The translations under genes were made by a program, and so were the position numbers. DNA of 64,000 bases from Kudoa neothunni (Eukaryota > Animalia > Cnidaria): positions 6,497,731-6,561,730 of the forward strand of contig OZ199838.1 in NCBI GenBank assembly GCA_964304625.1, written 5' to 3'. A model generated the notes under the pieces. That model saw nothing but the letters and a program-made list of their open reading frames with translations, did not search any database and was not told the origin of the DNA. Positions 1 through 15,354 of the stretch are shown here, piece by piece. Position 1 is the stretch's first letter. Each line of letters starts with the position of its first letter.

Positions 1-3000
1 ATGTGCATATTGTGCAGCTTAAAGGAAAATTTTCAAACCATGGGACTTCTGTATCGTCTTTCTCAGTTGGTTCATTTTGAATCACTTTTTTGTGGTAATA
101 CTTTTTAATATTACAAATTTAATTGATCTGGGATGATCATATAAATTGGGATTAGTTGTATTTGACCTCTAATATAATTCAAATGAGTTAGGGATAATTG
201 AAAATTTAGAATTAATTTTTTAGAATGACTTCTTATTTACTTTATTTTATATTACGTAAAAAATTTTATTTAATATGTTAAAAATATGTGCTTTTAATTT
301 TCACTAATTCCCTCCGTCTGGCGCTAGTTCAAATAGGCAAAGGTTGCCGTTTCAGTTTGTGATTTTTCCTTTATAAGTTTAATCGTAATGGGTTTAAATT
401 CTCCAAAGATATGTATATATTTTTCAAATAATCTATTATGACTATCTGTTCTCTTTTTAAATATTACTGTTCGGAATTCCTTGACTTCGTTTGGGATTGA
501 GAATATTTTTCTTTGAAAAATTTCTTATAACTTTTCTAAAGAACTGTATTAATCCTTCTATTAGCCTATGGAAGTAATTGAATTAAAAGCTTTTAAAAGT
601 AATATAATTGTAACGAATGTGCTTTAAAAATTGAAATTAAGGTTATTTTAAAGAAATCATAACTATATAGCTAGATGAAAACTTACGACAATTAATATTT
701 TTCTCTAATTAATAGCCCTTTATTCGTCATAAACTTTAGTACATCCTTATCTGAAATCAGCTTCAATGCCTTTTAATGACAACTTAACAATTTAAATAAG
801 TGGATAAAGTAAAATTTGAACTTTTTTGTTGAATTTGATGGTTGAAAAATAAATTTAGCGGGCGGTTTCAATGAGATCTAAGGGAACAGTCCAAGTATAA
901 CGAGGCTTTTGTCTATTTTATCGTCATATGCACTATCAATTCATCATTTTTTGGACAACTGTGGATCTTATTCTATACTTAAAACTATGATTTCTCTGAT
1001 ATCACCTAATTCAAACAAGTATGAGTACTGAAAACATTCTGTACCTACCGACCCCAATGCCACGTTTTAAAAGCATGGTCCAATGCGAGATTCATATTAT
1101 GTACAAATTCGAGTAAATACTGTCTTGTTACATCGAAAGAGCTTTTAAATGTCGGAATGTTTTAATATTGAGTATTCAAGTCATATTTTGAATTAAACTC
1201 GGCGAAGGGAAATAGCATTTATTATCGAATTCTTGAATTCGCTGGAAAAAATTGTGGATATTGTTTTTCGATACAGTAATTAATTTTAAGTTAACAAATA
1301 AGATAAATATCATTTTGTTCGGAAAATATTAGACATTGTAAATTCTATTGGATCTTTAAGAAATTATCGATGTTCTCTTCCTGGATGAAACGTGTAATAA
1401 TAATTAAAAATATTTAATCAATATTTTATAACTATAAGTTATTTAAATTAAAGTTAAGCTATTTTGACCCACTCTAACTTAGGTGTATCATTTTCAATAC
1501 AAATGAGGTTGCATCATGTTTGTTCAGAATGAATTAGTTTTCAAAAAATTATGTTTTTTAAATTTATGCTGTGAATCTTTTTTTGTAATATAAATAAATA
1601 TGATAAAATGCTTTTTCATGCATGTACTAAAACATTTGTGAGCAGAAAGTTATTGGTGATTAAAAATAAAACATTCTTTTTGATCTTTCATAAATTTTAA
1701 TATCAGTTTTATGTTTTTGTAATGAACGTTGTTGGCTTTCTAAAATAACATAAAAAACTAAAAAGTACAATATTTTAGAGCGAAGCTTCCTAGTGGGAGG
1801 CGCAAATTAATGATTTAGAGTGCGAGATTAGATCACAATTGGAGATAATTTTTGAGAAAATTTTTAAATAAATTATCGATTTTTTAATATGTATAACGTA
1901 AAAAATTAATGAATACATCGTTATTTTATATAGTTTAATTTAATTTAATCCAGAAATATCTTACGACATGCATTTTATTCAAAAATTAATGATTGAGACT
2001 TTTGAATCACCTAATTAACTTAGAAATAAACATTAATATTAATAAAATCAAAAGTAAAATTTTTTATCGTCAAATTTTAAAATATTATAATTACATTGGA
2101 AGGATAAAACAAAATTATCTCTACTTAATTCTTGGAGCTAGTTCTGTATTACATGTAAGATTAATTACCCCCGATATTTTGAAGGAGTCACGCCTTATCG
2201 TGTTTTGGAGTGCTTATTTCATTTTTTACTCAAAAAGGGGATGCGGATCCGATCTGGATTGTGATGTGCTGTTTTAGAGGGGCAAATGACAGATTTATTA
2301 TGAAATCACTATTCGAATTAAACTGTCATGAGATGTGTTAATTTCGTTTCAAACCCATTTATGAAAATTAGCCAATCAGTTTGAATTTACATTGTCCATG
2401 CTCCTTTTAACTCAGTGTAAAAATAGATCACAGGCTTATTAAAATCTGTATGCCAAACAATACGATACAAAGGTTTTGGCTTATATTCAAAAACAATTTC
2501 AAAATAAAAGTATCTGAATTTTAAATCCATCTTATTGCGGAAGCTAAAATTTGCAATCGATTGTTGTAACTATTATTTTTAGATCATAGATTGAGACTAT
2601 TGATTTATCAACAAATATTTTATTCGCATTGCCGATATATTTCGTCATTTTTGAGCGATTATTTATTAAATGACCTAATCTCTATTTTTATCATTAAATC
2701 CTAATTTGATTTAAATTCTCTGATTAATCTGCAACTGAAACCTTAAAAGAGGTTATTGTTTTATTTGATAGCATCAAATTTTGTTGATAATTATGTACCG
2801 GCTCGAAATGGAGTGTGGGGAGCAATAATAATTTTAACCCGTCAATTAATTAAATCTATACTATCAAAAATATATAAATAAACAACCTTAGTCGAAATTG
2901 CGTTCATCTCTACATAAATATTCTATTTCATATGTTTTTATGTAAAATTTTCACATAATAAACTAAAAATTTCTCTCATACGCTTGCCACTAAATTAATC

Positions 3001-3226
3001 TTTTTGTAATTTTTGCTGTAATGAGAAATATTGCCTAAACTATTTTTGCGGCATTATTATTTTATGGGAATTTTTTGCGCGTGGATTTTACATTATTTTA
3101 ATATCTTAAAAGCCGTTTTTTAAAAATAAATACTTGGATGTTATTAGTATTTGCTCGGGGCTTTAGCCAATCCGATCTTACACACATTTTATTTCACCCT
3201 TAACCATTCACTATAAAGCCCATTTG
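1..3226 (+). CDS. Possible 5' exons of TRRAP (fragmented, frames broken)
   Basis: Short peptide stretches, some bounded by AG/GT, loosely follow the order of the TRRAP N-terminus (ILCSLKENFQTM near 1-60; FKSMVQCEIHIMYKFE near 1066-1113; IFARGFSQSDLTHIL near 3148-3192). The frames do not join cleanly, so the exon structure is unresolved. Confidence 0.3.
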
Positions 3227-3250
3227 GTAATTTTACTTATGTGCTTTTAG

Positions 3251-6200
3251 GAGAGGCATCTTGGGTGGAACAGTTATTCACAGACAAAGGTATGACCGTG
3301 AGTGCGAATAACCATCAACCTCTACACGTAAGACAGTTCATATACAATATATCAGTGAATGTTGCCATCACTTATTCCTCCAAATTGCAACAATCTTCGC
3401 TGGCCATTATTTTCGAATCTATGATTCATGGATTGTATGAGAAAGATGCCACACCTGCTTTTTTGAAGCTATGTGTTAGGGTTGGTCTTTTACATGAAAA
3501 GCAAATAAACCATTGGCACGAAAAACTAAGATCATATTGCATGAATATACCCCCTTTTTAATCTTTAACACTTATTTCAAAATGACGCTCAAATATCAAT
3601 TTCTATTGTATATTAAATAGTTCATCGTGCCAATAGCTCATAGTTGCGCCATAAATATAAATACTGTCAATAACTAATTTAATTGTTATTTTGATTATAT
3701 AGACCATGATTCTCATCCATGAGTTCACATTTTGCAATGTACTACTGTTGAGTTGTGATTGTTGAGTGTGAATTTTGTTATTAGAAATCCCAACTGACGG
3801 AGCGTGCTTTTGTGGCTATTTGTAAAAAAATTGAATGGCTTGCTTACTTGAATGATGAACATATAAAAAGCTTGATTGAAATGGAGCAAGATGGTTGCTT
3901 AGACATCGACATTAACACTTGTAAGATGGACGAAATAAGTTTTTACATATGGCTTCTATTCGACGATAAATATGAGCGCAATAACAAGATGGGATTAACC
4001 GATTTGATTAAAGTGTTATTTGTGGGCGCTAGAACTATGGTAACATCTCCCCATTTTCCCAATTGGTCCAATTCACCAACCAATTCACATTCCTTAACCA
4101 ATGCAGTATTTGACTGCCAGCCACGAAGTCGATACCACCTATTTGATATTCTATTGAAAAGCACGTTCAGACTTATTGAGCATAAATTATCCATATTGCC
4201 AGCTGAAATGGTTAGAATTGTTTCATCGTCTACTTCAACAATCCCCGGCAACCTCAGTTGTCCATCCACAATGCCTCCAATTAGGAAGAGCATGCGAGGA
4301 ACGATCGATAATTTGACCCACATTTTATGCTCGATGGATAGTTGTGCGTATATCGATGTGATGACCACCAATATTGATAGCATATTCAAATTAATCGACG
4401 ATACTAGTCCAGTTTTGAGTTTGTTAAATGGTCTAATTAATAACGCCTCGGTATCGGTTACAACTGTGTCCATCCTTCTACAATATATTATTGTTACTGT
4501 GAGAAATCGCGAAATAAGCACCGTATTACGCACATCATTTTCCTGTATGATCAAATCGATAATAACTACCGCCAATTTAACTCCCACTAACGAGGCAATT
4601 ATTTGTTGTTACTTCCCCACATTACTACGAGAGATATCCAATTTGTCGTTGTGTGCCATCAAAAATCTGCCTCAACAAAAATCAGTTATGACTAACTATT
4701 TCTTCATTATACGCACAATATTTCTGTGTATTGGGTCCACCCCTAATGAGAATGTCTATCAAGCTATGTTGCCGTATATGACTAGCTTTGCTTTGAGGCT
4801 GGTTAACATTGCTATGGAAATGGAGAAATATCCACCGTTGGTGGATTTTAAGCTTATTGTCTATGAGTTATGTGTGACAATTCCAATGAAGTTGTTCCAT
4901 TTGGTACCTCATGCCAATTCGTTGGTGTCAGTTTTGATCAAGTGTTTGAGTACGTTTTCGGATATTTTGGTTTTTCAAGCATTACGCACATTGGTGATGA
5001 TATTGGAGAGTATACATGCACCTCACCTCGAAGAAACAATCGGTCAAAATAAACACTCTCTTGTGCAGGTTCTAATATCGTTACATCAGCGAAAAAATGC
5101 CGAAATCACCAAATTAGCCAACAGAGCTATTTCTTCGTTGGGATCTTTGGCAAGAATGTTTGTGGACAGCCTTAACTTAACTCAGTCATCTGATGTCGCC
5201 ATCGAATCGTCGTTCTATCGTAACAAAAATGATCTCACTAACATTGCATACGGTTATCGATTATCCAAGTATTGTGTATCTCCAAACTATGACAATTCAC
5301 TTGCAATACAGTTGCGTCTAAGCAGCAATCCAGAGGATTCATTATCTCTCAATGTAGAATTCAAATTGGAGAAGTTGCTGCTATCCTCGATGCAATTTTT
5401 CAGTCATTACGCCCAACCTCTACTTCAACATATGAGTGGTGATCCCCCATTGTTCGAAGATGTGTGGCAGATGATCACCGATATTCAAAATTTTGTACGT
5501 TATATGGGGATTGTTATTATCGGCTCAATTGATATCAACAGAAATGATCTCAGCCGGGAAAATCAAACCATTAAAAGCCTCATATTAACCACCGATAGTC
5601 GAATACGGTTGTTAGGATTGGTTTGTAGGATATATGCTTCGATGGTATTGTTCTGTATGAACAATATAGTCAGTTTGGCTACGCGTGAAATTTTATGCAA
5701 TGAATGCTTTTATTTTTTGGGTCAGTTGTGCCGTGTTTGTAGTAGCGCCACCGCCTACCCCAATACACCTACAAATGAACAACAGTTCGGTGATAATAGC
5801 CTAAAACATATCGTTGAGAATAGATTGAAGATTGTATGGGCGTTGATCAAATATGTGATTGAATCCTACTCCGCACTCACCTCCAAACAATATGAGCGAT
5901 CTAAGTATCTCGGAAAAATGCTGGTTGTATTTATTGTTGGTAGTCTTGGCAAAGAGTTATCATCCACCCCCCAAATTACTAATTACCTACCAAAGTTACT
6001 GCTTCAATGCGTGGAAAGTAGTGACACAGACAGTTGTGTTAAAATCGAGCTTTTGGACATGTACCTATTGGCGTTGCCACCTGATAATCGTTCACATGTG
6101 ATAGACATGTACATCAACAGTTATATTCCATTCGCAGTGTCTTTAACAACCAAAACGACATGTGATCTAGATTACTATAAACAGAGTTTAGTGAAGAAAA

Positions 6201-9200
6201 TTCTAACAACTACTCTAAACAAACTTTGCGATATAGTTAACGAGAATGTATCAAGTGTTGAACTTGTATCATCAATAATGGTCACAGTTCCCAACACATT
6301 GTGGCGGTTTATTTTAAGCAGCTTTGAGTTGGTTGAACAATGTCTAAAGTTGATGGTGAATCGTTTTCCATTAATTACAATGAAAGATTTATTGATTGGA
6401 TCTGTGTCATCAATTGACACCCTTTTAGAATGTTCTGTATTCGCAACTGACATGGATGCTACCTCATTCAGCTATTTGTCGAATATACAGAAAATTTTCA
6501 TGCTTAGAGTATCTGTATTCCTATGTGAGAATGACATTGTGAATGACGATATTAGAAACAGAATGGATTTTATGTATTTGGTAGAAATGACCAAATTTTT
6601 ACGCCAGGAAAATGATTTCCATGCATCACCCGCCAAATCGTTTATCAATTGCTCACTACTGCCCAACTATGACCCTCTTGAACAAGGTGCCATGGTTACC
6701 GATATTCCCACCTTTTACACTGACGAAGATATATTGGATGTGCTGGTGGATTTTTTGTTGTTGTTTGTCGACCACGAAAAATACGACATGCAAATTGCTC
6801 GAATCCTGCTCTCCATTATTGATAATCTTGATGGGAAAATATCAAACAAAGTGATAAACTTTTTCCACCATCAACTACCTTCTCTCAAAATTCAACCAAC
6901 TGTCATGGAACTCATAACTTCACATCTCAAAACAGCCGTCCATCAAGCTGATCTAATGAATCATGCTTTTGTCAAAAAACTTAAATGTCTCTATTTTGCC
7001 AATCCACTGCTGGGTGACAAGGAAATAATCGAACACATTCTCCAATCCACCATTTATGTAGTGAGCTCGTTTGTCAACAACAAACGCTCTGATAATGTAG
7101 CTAAATTGGCATCATGCTCTTTATTTGAAGAACAGTTTCTATGGTACGAAGTGATTGATATTTATCTGGCTTTCAATGTGAGCACCATTGTTGATATGGA
7201 TTTTCTCCTATCAACGTTAGTCGAAGTGGAACAAAAACTTCGAGTGATTCTTCATTACAAATTTTACACTAGATTCGCTGATTTTTTCACCCTCCCGTCC
7301 AACCTTCCAGTCTATCTCTCGTTATTCAAATCCCATATCAAAGAGCCTGATTATTCGTGGTTTATGGTAAGAGTAATGCGTGCTGAGAAAACGAACACGC
7401 TGGCCAAACATCTCGTCGATGACTGCTTCAATTATATATGTGTGATCGATTTCTCGCAGTTAACAACTCCTCCAACTATAACATCATGGAACAACGCGAA
7501 CACTCAAAGCGACGATCCCCAAGATGTCAAAGAATGGATCTATTTGTTGTCGCCATTTTCATTAGTTCTCATCAAAGAACTTATTTGTAAATGTGGACAG
7601 TACTTTTCCTCACAACAACCCGTCTTGTGGGATCTAATACTTCAAACTATCTATCAAACAACTCCCCATGGCGTGTTAAGTTGTCATCAGTTGGCAGATA
7701 TACCTCTACTTCCAACTGATGATCTCCAACAATATTACATTGGTTTATTGTATGGAGTGGTCAGCGAATATGTGGCAGCGTCCATCACCCGACACAACAT
7801 AGATTCATACTATTTGTATGTGCTGGTTTTTTTGGACTATATGAATAGTTCTAATACTTACAATTTGCATGGTTTTCTTAATGAACACCTATTCCCTACA
7901 TTAACCGCCTATAAAGTTTATAACTTAGTGATTGATTTAGTTGATTGGGCAATCAAATTATCCAACGATCACACGTCTGGTGGCAGTTGTAATCAAATGT
8001 TTTTCGGTAGCGATTTTCATATTTATTGGATCACCAAGAAACTCTTACTACCCATACTACATCATAACAATTTCGCTCCTGCTGCTGAAACCAATGCGAT
8101 TTCGCCGATTTACTCTTCTGTTATAAACAGTCAATCCAATAGTAGTGTCTTAGGTTTTTTGGTGGAATGGTTGAGCTCACAAAACAACCGAACCTTAACA
8201 AGTCAGTCTCTTACCTTTCGTACTGCTATTGTACTTTTGGTCGAATCTTTGGTCTGTGCACCAAACGGTTACCTTCAAATTAACGCAATGTAAATTTTCA
8301 CAAATTACATATCATTAAATATGTACACACTTTAATGATTGGTTTTTAGAGAACGTGATAATATTGGTAGAAATTCTCTTGAATTTTGCATAATTGTCCA
8401 CGAAGGGCTTAAATCGGAAACTAGTTCCAGTCGTAGTCATCATTTCAATTTGGCAGATCCATTGAATGAGGTTCTTTCAGCGCTGGCCAACTTGGTTGTA
8501 CTGTTCTGTGTTGACACTGATCATTTATTACATCACATCCAATACATTTTAACCTCGGCTACAAATTACAACTACAACGTCGTCACTAAAGGATTGAGTT
8601 TGATCCTGAATAAATTTGTAGAACTATCTCCCAAACCAGACCAAATAAGATGTCTGCATACCCAAATCATTAGTTACTACCGTCGCCACTGTCGTGCGAT
8701 GGATACTGTAACTCTGGTTCCGATCAAACTTATACTTTATATGTGGGTGGATTATCAACAGAAATTGTTTTCGTCGTGTGAAACCAACTTGTTGTTCACT
8801 CTCAATAGTTGTATCTCGAAAATGATATCACAGACCAATACTCACAAGCTATGTACTGTTGTTGTGGTTGAAGCGTTGCGATACTTTTTCAAACATATAA
8901 TCGATCTATCTTCGTCAGGAAGAGCCGTTCACTCTGATTTCTCATCTGAATATCAAATCAACAACTTCCTCTATCTTGTCAAGTACATGTGCACAACATC
9001 GAATCTCGTTCCCGATAACAAACCTGTTATTGTCATTAATAAGGGCAAAAACAGTGCCACCAATGATAGCGCCTATAACAGCCTCAGCATGGGCGTTTCG
9101 TCTACCGCTAAGCGCATAAGCGACGTTTACTATAAATCTAAATTATTTAACGAGAATGTGCTGTTTGAAATGGGTGGGCAACTTAAAGAATGTTATGATG

Positions 9201-12200
9201 TGGCCTTATTGCTCATTAAAAATATGGGCTACTTGGAAAATGGATTATTATGCGAACGATTGCATGCATATTTTTTTATGCTTATTTTATCCCAAACATC
9301 CAACGCTGAATCACATGAATTGTTCATCGATTTTATAACATTCTATGTAAACAATGTCAGCTTGATCAATTTTTCCAAATTGGTGAATCATATTGCGTCA
9401 ACATTGATCGAAAAAATTAATACTAACACCACGAGTAGTGCGGAATTCAATACAATCTACAATTTAGGTGCTACCTCACCAGATATCCTTATTCGTGGTG
9501 ATTGCTTAGAAAATCTTATGAGTGCCATTTTGAGTTGTGATCATACTTATGATGTGCTGAACAAATCCATCGATAACGATGATAATGTCAGCACCTGTTA
9601 CAATATACTTGATGGAATTCTTAAGTCTAATTTGATTAAAATTTGTGAAGTTTGTCAAGAAGATCGATTCGCTCTACTCACTGGGTCACAACTTAGACTA
9701 TGGAATAGTCTCATTCCACATTACACAAGCGACCAGCTAATTACAATGAACCAAAATCTAAATGAATATTTGCCAAAATGCAAATCGCTACCTTGCAGAC
9801 AAATTCTCAGCCTATTTATTGAAACTTGTTCTACTCTGATTCTCCATACTATTCGCGCCACTACAACCAATCTTCCTTCGAATCTGTTCAGTTGTTTTGT
9901 TAGTTTGTTGCAGCTAATCACCAATATTAAACTTTATTTCATTGTGTTGTTCTCCATGGTAAAATTGGTGCGATCATCAATCGAACAGTTGATTTGTTGT
10001 GAGGTGAAGCAACCTCCAGCTGATCTGGTTGATCTAATATTTGAATGTTTGTACGCGATGCATCTTCATTGCTCTTATGACCACAATCTGCTTACTGAAG
10101 TGTGGAAGTTGTTTTTCGAGTTCTATGAGTATATGTTTGGGGATAACTTGAAAAGTGAACGTGTGCTCTGCAGTGTTGCTCTCGGCTCAATATGCTTGGT
10201 TCAAGATGTTCGTGATCGATGTAGAAGTTTGCTTTTGGATCATCTGCACATCTCTGATCACACTGATAATGCCGGACGAATTATCGATCAGATTCTTTCT
10301 TCAGCCAAACTCATTAACAATGTTAATACTAATTCAATTCAACTGTGGCTCATGTTTGTGTGCGAAGGATTCAAGAATTTGTATGTGGGTTTTTTGCCCA
10401 ACTGCAAATTAGAAGATATGCTTAGTTCTCCCTCTCAGAGCGGATTATCGTTCCATCAACAGAGCCAACAGGATGCACCTCTGATGGTAAGTTCGGTTCT
10501 AAATCAAGAAGATGGTTCGCTCTATACACAATTATTAAACTACATCAGTTGTATTATTATTGATGAGGAGGATATAAATCCAAGCGATGCCAAGATTGAT
10601 AGTCACAATTTTAATGATTTTATCCAAAACATTTTTTTGAACAGCGCCGAATGTGATAATGCTAAATATCTTAGTGGCAAGGTTTGTCAGTTGAGAGAAT
10701 CACTGCAAGGTTTTCTCCAGTCGTTATCGCTTTTGAATCCATTATTTGCACAATCAACATTCATTGAGGTGTTTCCTGTGTTGTGGGATTTCTACTACAA
10801 TCAAGAGCTACAGCCGACGTTTGATAGCGAACTTGAAAAATTCATGCTTGATCCTGCCCACATTCATTACGAGTGTACCACCTATAATGATAACTGTTTT
10901 GGGGTGGTGTCCGAATCGTGTTTCTCCTCAAATTTCAATTTCGAATCACCCAAGTTGTCAGCCGTGCATTACGAAATGAGTACGTCGAGCAAACGTTCAT
11001 ACATTGACATTAACACGTTCAGCTATGTGCATAGTCAACTGTTACAGTCGAAGAGCGCTTTGAGTTGTATGCTTGAAGCCACAATGAACTTTACAAATAG
11101 ACCAATTCTAACGCCTTACATTGTGGCCTACATTGGTAAAAGTCATTTTTGCAACTTTGCTTCATTCATCTACTTGGAAAACCACATCAATGGTTTAAAA
11201 CAAATTGAAGGCAGTTACAAAACGGATGATTTAGAGTTGTTCGAAAGCGATTCTACCGTTGATTCCAACACGAACCCACCAAAAACAGGAAACAGCAACG
11301 AAGCTTATCAGGAAATACTTAATGAAATTGATAAGTCACGGAAATCATTAATCTCGTTGATATCTCCTCACACCAATTGTAATGACTTACAATATGGAGT
11401 ATATTCTGCGTCAGGTTATAGTCGACGTTTATTAGATCCATTAACATTTTCACTTCACGGTGAACACGACATAGCACTTACCTACTACGAAAATGTTCTA
11501 CGAAATAGCAACCCAATGGACGATTCTCATGATCCTACAGAGGAACGATTATTGTTGAATGGATTTTTGGACTGTTGTAAAGCTCTTGGTTCGTGGGATT
11601 TGTTGACGGAGATAAATAAAAACCAACTCAAACAACCAAAATGTGAAAGAATGATTGGATTGAATATGTTGCTGGAGAATTCTTGGAAGTTTGGTGATTG
11701 GCCCACCCTGAAAAATATTTTCAAACTTGTTGATCAGGATGAGTCTCTTTGCAACGACGCGTTCAGTCTAAACTACATTAGAACTATATACTTGTTGAAT
11801 AAGGGTGTGCTGGATTTTTCTGATAAAACATGGATGGTTACTGGAGAAACTCATCTTTTAACCGCTATAAAAACTGTTGTCAACCAACTTAGGCGTTATC
11901 CTCTGCAGGTTGCAACAGTTAATCTCTCTCCCATGGTCAATCTCCAAAAAGTCAGTGAAATAGCTGATATATTTGATTTCTATCGTAATAACTTTGATAC
12001 TATCAAGTCGATTAGCGTTGGTTCATCGTATTCGGTTCCATCTGAAACTCCCACCAATCGACCTAACATTACTACCTCTACGTTACCACATAACCCCTCC
12101 AATAATCAACTGATTGTCGATCTTAAAACAATAGCCAGGGGTTGGAATATCAGATGCTATCGTTATATAGATGATATATGCAGCTACAATGATATTATGA

Positions 12201-15200
12201 ATCAACGTTGCTTGACATTCCTCTCTCTTTCGAGTATATTTATCAAAGATAAACTAACACAAAGTGTTTCCCAATCGACGGCATTACCTGCAGCATTTTC
12301 ATACATTCCTCCGGAAACACCATCTAGTCAACCTAGCCCCCAAGTGAATTCAGTTCTTCAGGTGTGTTATCAATGCACTCAAATCAGCTGTCTACACTTT
12401 GCTACCTCATTACGTCGTTCCGGTATATATTCCTCATCAATCAGCACTCTATCTAACATTCAAAATAACGATGGAGCTAGCAATTCGATTATCATATTTA
12501 TCCAAAAAGTGATCCAGCTTTGTAAGAATCTTATCGAGCTTTATGATATAAATGGTAACGAAGCACTACTTGAGGAGGCAATATCGGTATTGGATGTTGT
12601 GAACAACAAGGTCGTATCAAAAGATCAACTATCAAAACTGTATGTGATTCGTTCTCAGGTGTATGATCGTCAAAAGAAGTACAACAAATCCTCATCCACA
12701 CTCGAGGAAGCACTCCACTTGAATGAATCATATCAGGCATGGTCCACATGGGGCGGTTTTCTGTATGATTTGTACGTGATATCTGAAAGTGATGATGTCG
12801 AGATTGCCAACGAATTAATTTCGTGTTATTTGAGTGCGGCACAATTTTCCAAAGAAATAGTCTCTGGAAGAGCGCTCTCTCGTGCTCTTCATGTGTTTGG
12901 TGAAAACCTGTCGGTACAACAAATTTGCGATACCTTCCAAAACGCCTGCGAATTAGTACCTTCGAATTATTGGGTAAATTGGATTCCACACATTATAACG
13001 TTGTATTCATATGCGAAAATGAACATTGTGATGGCTTCTCTGATCAACAATTTAACACTCAACTTCCCTCAAGTATCGTTTTTCTGTTTAAGTGAGATAA
13101 TTTTGTTTTAACACACATTCTATAGGCTCTTATTCCACATATTGTTCCCTACTTTGATGAACTTAAGGATGCTGCTTATAATTCTGCCAAAAGTCATTCT
13201 AAATCGCTCGATCAACTACGTTTGAATACTTATCAGTTATTTTTTGAAAGAAATAAAGAGGTTCCGTTTGAAAGTAGTACTGTGAACACATTACCACATC
13301 ATCAACTTGCAACCAATAATGTCTACAATCTGCTCAAATCAATTCTCGACAACCACCCTAACACCATTAGTTATCTACTTGCATTTATTTCATATGTATT
13401 TATTCATTTCTAAACCGTTCGTTTATTAATAAATTTCTAATCTATTTTTTAATTATTGGATTGATTTGTTGGAATTTAGATTGAAAAAATTACTCGTAAA
13501 ACCTATTACCATGACATCATCAATTGCTTGTTTGATATCATTGCTTTGGTGATTGATAATAGGAAGAAATTTTCTTCAACGTGTGATTCACCATCTATAG
13601 AAGAAGGGAAGCAAAATTCCAACTTTGAATCATTCAGACTGCAACTGTTCCGACATCTAAATTATTTTCACGATTGCTTGAAGAAATGCGTACATTTACT
13701 AGATTCTGTTCAGTATGATAGACTGAATATGATGTAATTAGTAGATGCGATAAATTGTGTTGATTTATCTTTAGACTTAAAACATTCACTCAAACTAATC
13801 TTGCCACCATTATTGATGTGGAACAGCATTTGGAACTTTTAATACGGGCCTATCTGGAAATGAAGAAAGTTTACAAAAATCATGCATTGTATTTTTCCCC
13901 AACCTACCAATTCACGTTTCTAATCTAGCAATACTAATCTAGTTCATTTACAACACTTTCGAATGAGTTCGAAGAAAACAATGACACTACCGCCTATTTA
14001 TTTTCATTCCATAAGATGAGCTATTTTTTGCTTACCAACATGGAATCCACTGAAATTCTCTATCCATTCACCTATATTGAGACACCTTACGTAATTTGGT
14101 TTCGTGTGTGATGTGTTAGCGTTAATTGTCCACCTAGAATATTCAGCTTCCGTACCCTCGAATATCTATGATATTACCAAAGTTGAAGTTGAAGTCAGGA
14201 TTCAAGGGAAAATTATGGCCCTCTATCACTTGCGTTATGATGAATGGCGTGGTAATTTCGAACACCATTATCTGAGCTCCCTTTTATTTCATTTTCGCCT
14301 ACCTAGGTGCATCGATCCCTCTTGGTGAAACAGAACGAACAATCTCAAGATGGCAGAAATTTGCAAAAGTTTGCCCGAATTCGATACTGGGTTAATCTCG
14401 CGTTGAAAAAATCTGCGGATTGTTCCAAACGTTCGCTTCGAATCGCCCCTTCCCAACATGTGGTTATGACTTCTCGATCCACATATATGTTACATTATTT
14501 GGACAACACAACTTTCTTGTGTGATTTTCCAGAGGAGTCGACGGTTGATGACAATTTGATGACAATAATACTATGGCATATTCAAAAAGGTATTGTGGAT
14601 GTTGAAAATGTCCCCTACAGCGAAAACTATTTTTGGCGGTTACTATCCAAGAAATTCTTCTCTATTGAGGTTATGTGGGAATTTCGACAGAAATTTATCA
14701 AAAGTTGGATCATTCATTCGTTGTTGCAAAAAATATTTCTCTTATCCTCCCCTACACCATTTGAGATGAGCACATGTTTCAAAAGTGGAGAGGTCAATTT
14801 TTATCCAACCCAAGATCTTTTCCATAAGAAACGTATGCGCTAGACGTCATCTGTTGACTGGTTTTGTATTTGATAATGTTGTTATTGTAGTGATGACTGG
14901 TGGCTACAAACAGTGTCCTCGAATTCGGTTTACACCTCATTTGAAAGCATTCATTGGAGAAAATAACGTTCTTGGCACAATTCATCAATCAATTATAGCA
15001 TTGGCCAAATGTTTTATTACAGAAAAATATAGTTTTATTAGTGTGCTCAAATGCGAGCTTAATGAAAGTGAATTTCGTCAAAAAAAATTGAATCCAATAC
15101 CCATCCAATCACTTGTCGAACTCACCACCAAATGTCGACGACAAAATAATCGAGTTTGTTGGCATACTCGATTGAGTTGTGAAGGTAACTTTTTTAGTCT

Positions 15201-15354
15201 ATAAAACGCTCATATGTAATGTTATTTAGAGTATTGTTCATTTAGCAACAACCACATCGAAAATATTCAGATGCTTTTTAACACTTCGGACCTATCTTTG
15301 AAATCCCCTCAAGATATCAATGATATCAATCCTTTATGGTGTTATTGGTTTTAA
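3251..15354 (+). CDS. TRRAP: Transformation/transcription domain-associated protein (TRRAP/Tra1, PIKK pseudokinase), multi-exon, highly divergent; true start lies upstream
   Basis: ORF 3812-8293 contains NYFFIIRTIFLCIG...IVYELCVTIPMKL...LVFQALRTLVMILE...LANRAISSLG, matching the TRRAP HEAT region (NYFLLLRALFRSIG...FVELCLTVPVRL...LVSQGLRTLELCV). A 60-bp GT-AG intron (8290-8349) joins it in frame to ORF 8339-13111, which has FAT motifs (YQAWSTWG, ISCYLSAA, YWVNWIPHI, FPQ). Downstream are PI3K-like PRIRFTPHLKAFIG and a FATC end INPLWCYWF* (stop 15352-15354). Small upstream exons at 3251-3480 and 3703-3738. Confidence 0.85.

Noticed and set aside
8290-8349. Two separate giant genes or stop-codon readthrough between ORFs 3812-8293 and 8339-13111
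   Set aside because: A canonical 60-bp GT-AG intron joins them in frame into one TRRAP gene.
3943-12989. Antisense and alternate-frame ORFs overlapping TRRAP (likewise those over DNAJA, pogo, piggyBac and EPRS)
   Set aside because: Shadow ORFs of real coding sequence, with no motifs.
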